Assembly: GCF_002075285.3 (NCBI RefSeq)
Contig: NZ_CP021983.2
Coordinates: forward strand, 2,520,001 to 2,552,000
Source: Halomicronema hongdechloris C2206
GTDB lineage: Bacteria; Cyanobacteriota; Cyanobacteriia; Phormidesmidales; Phormidesmidaceae
Direction of reading: 5' to 3'
DNA length: 32,000 nucleotides
Part shown: one piece after another, positions 31,693 to 32,000 of the stretch
Numbering within the stretch: the stretch's first letter is position 1
How the letters are laid out: each line of letters starts with the position of its first letter
Translations under genes and position numbers: made by a program
Notes under the pieces: generated by a model
What the model was told of the DNA's origin: nothing
What the model saw: the letters and a program-made list of their open reading frames with translations, nothing else
Databases searched by the model: none

Positions 31693-32000
31693 ATGGCTGA
31701 CTCGAGTACTGAAGCCGTCTATATCATCATTCCGGTCCACAACCGCAAGACCACGACACTCACATGCCTGCAACATCTGCAGCAACAGGGCGATCTAGAG
31801 AGATTTCAAGTGGTGGTTGTCGATGATGGCTCAACCGATGGCACTAGCGAAGTCATTCATCTGCAGTATCCTCAGGTGCATCTGCTTCAAGGAGATGGCC
31901 ATCTCTGGTGGGCCGGAGCGACCAAGCTGGGTATGGAATATGCCTATGGGCAGGGGGCGGAGTATTTTGTGTGGTTGAACGACGATACGCTGCCAGAAAG
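31693..32000 (+). CDS. GT2-family glycosyltransferase, 3'-partial (runs off the window)
   Basis: Hand translation from ATG 31693: MADSSTEAVYIIIPVHNRKTTTLTCLQHLQQQGDLERFQVVVVDDGSTDGTSEVIHLQYPQVHLLQGDGHLWWAGATKLGMEYAYGQGAEYFVWLNDDT. This contains the classic GT2 N-terminal motifs (IPVHN, VVDDGSTDGT, LNDD). No stop before nt 32000. Confidence 0.8.
   Translation, partial: MADSSTEAVYIIIPVHNRKTTTLTCLQHLQQQGDLERFQVVVVDDGSTDGTSEVIHLQYPQVHLLQGDGHLWWAGATKLGMEYAYGQGAEYFVWLNDDTLPE

Overview
Cyanobacterial chromosomal DNA. The HIP1 octamer GCGATCGC recurs about once per kb in the GC-rich parts, and CBS-CP12, Uma2/DUF820, TPR-CHAT and AAA-like ATPase genes are typical of the phylum. All family calls come from motif recognition by eye; no searches were run, and hand-derived coordinates may be off by a few nt. 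The window is a compositional mosaic. (1) 1-6.3 kb is AT-rich: a 5'-truncated TPR-CHAT caspase-like protease gene is followed after 14 nt by a STAND-type P-loop NTPase with no recognisable effector domain. (2) 6.3-8.9 kb has intermediate GC: an internally deleted, frameshifted second TPR-CHAT gene, then an ATGA-coupled pair encoding a 137-aa acidic tandem-repeat protein and a 483-aa coiled-coil protein with two C-terminal TM helices. I rate 1-8.9 kb as the best candidate for an undescribed NTPase/protease/membrane-effector conflict (defence) module. (3) 9.0-22.7 kb is GC-rich backbone: lipoprotein, host-attachment-family protein, PEBP/YbhB, DUF72, GH63-like glucosidase, an overlapping pair of AAA-like (PF14516-type) ATPases (one HTH-fused, one membrane-anchored), a repeat-rich 1.3-kb non-coding stretch, CBS-CP12, Uma2 nuclease, GntR regulator and CPBP protease. 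(4) 22.7-29.0 kb: a 1-kb repeat-laden gap, then an operon of a wzt-type ABC ATPase, two methyltransferases and two glycosyltransferases. Its interior is AT-rich, but the 5' part of wzt and the 3' part of the last glycosyltransferase look host-like, which suggests a cassette swap by recombination inside the flanking genes. (5) 29.1-31.7 kb: a UPF0175/PIN-like toxin-antitoxin pair, toxin-antitoxin debris, and a Uma2 pseudogene split by a ~1.25-kb insertion. (6) 31.7-32.0 kb: the start of a GT2 glycosyltransferase. I found no rRNA, tRNA, CRISPR array or transposase gene.
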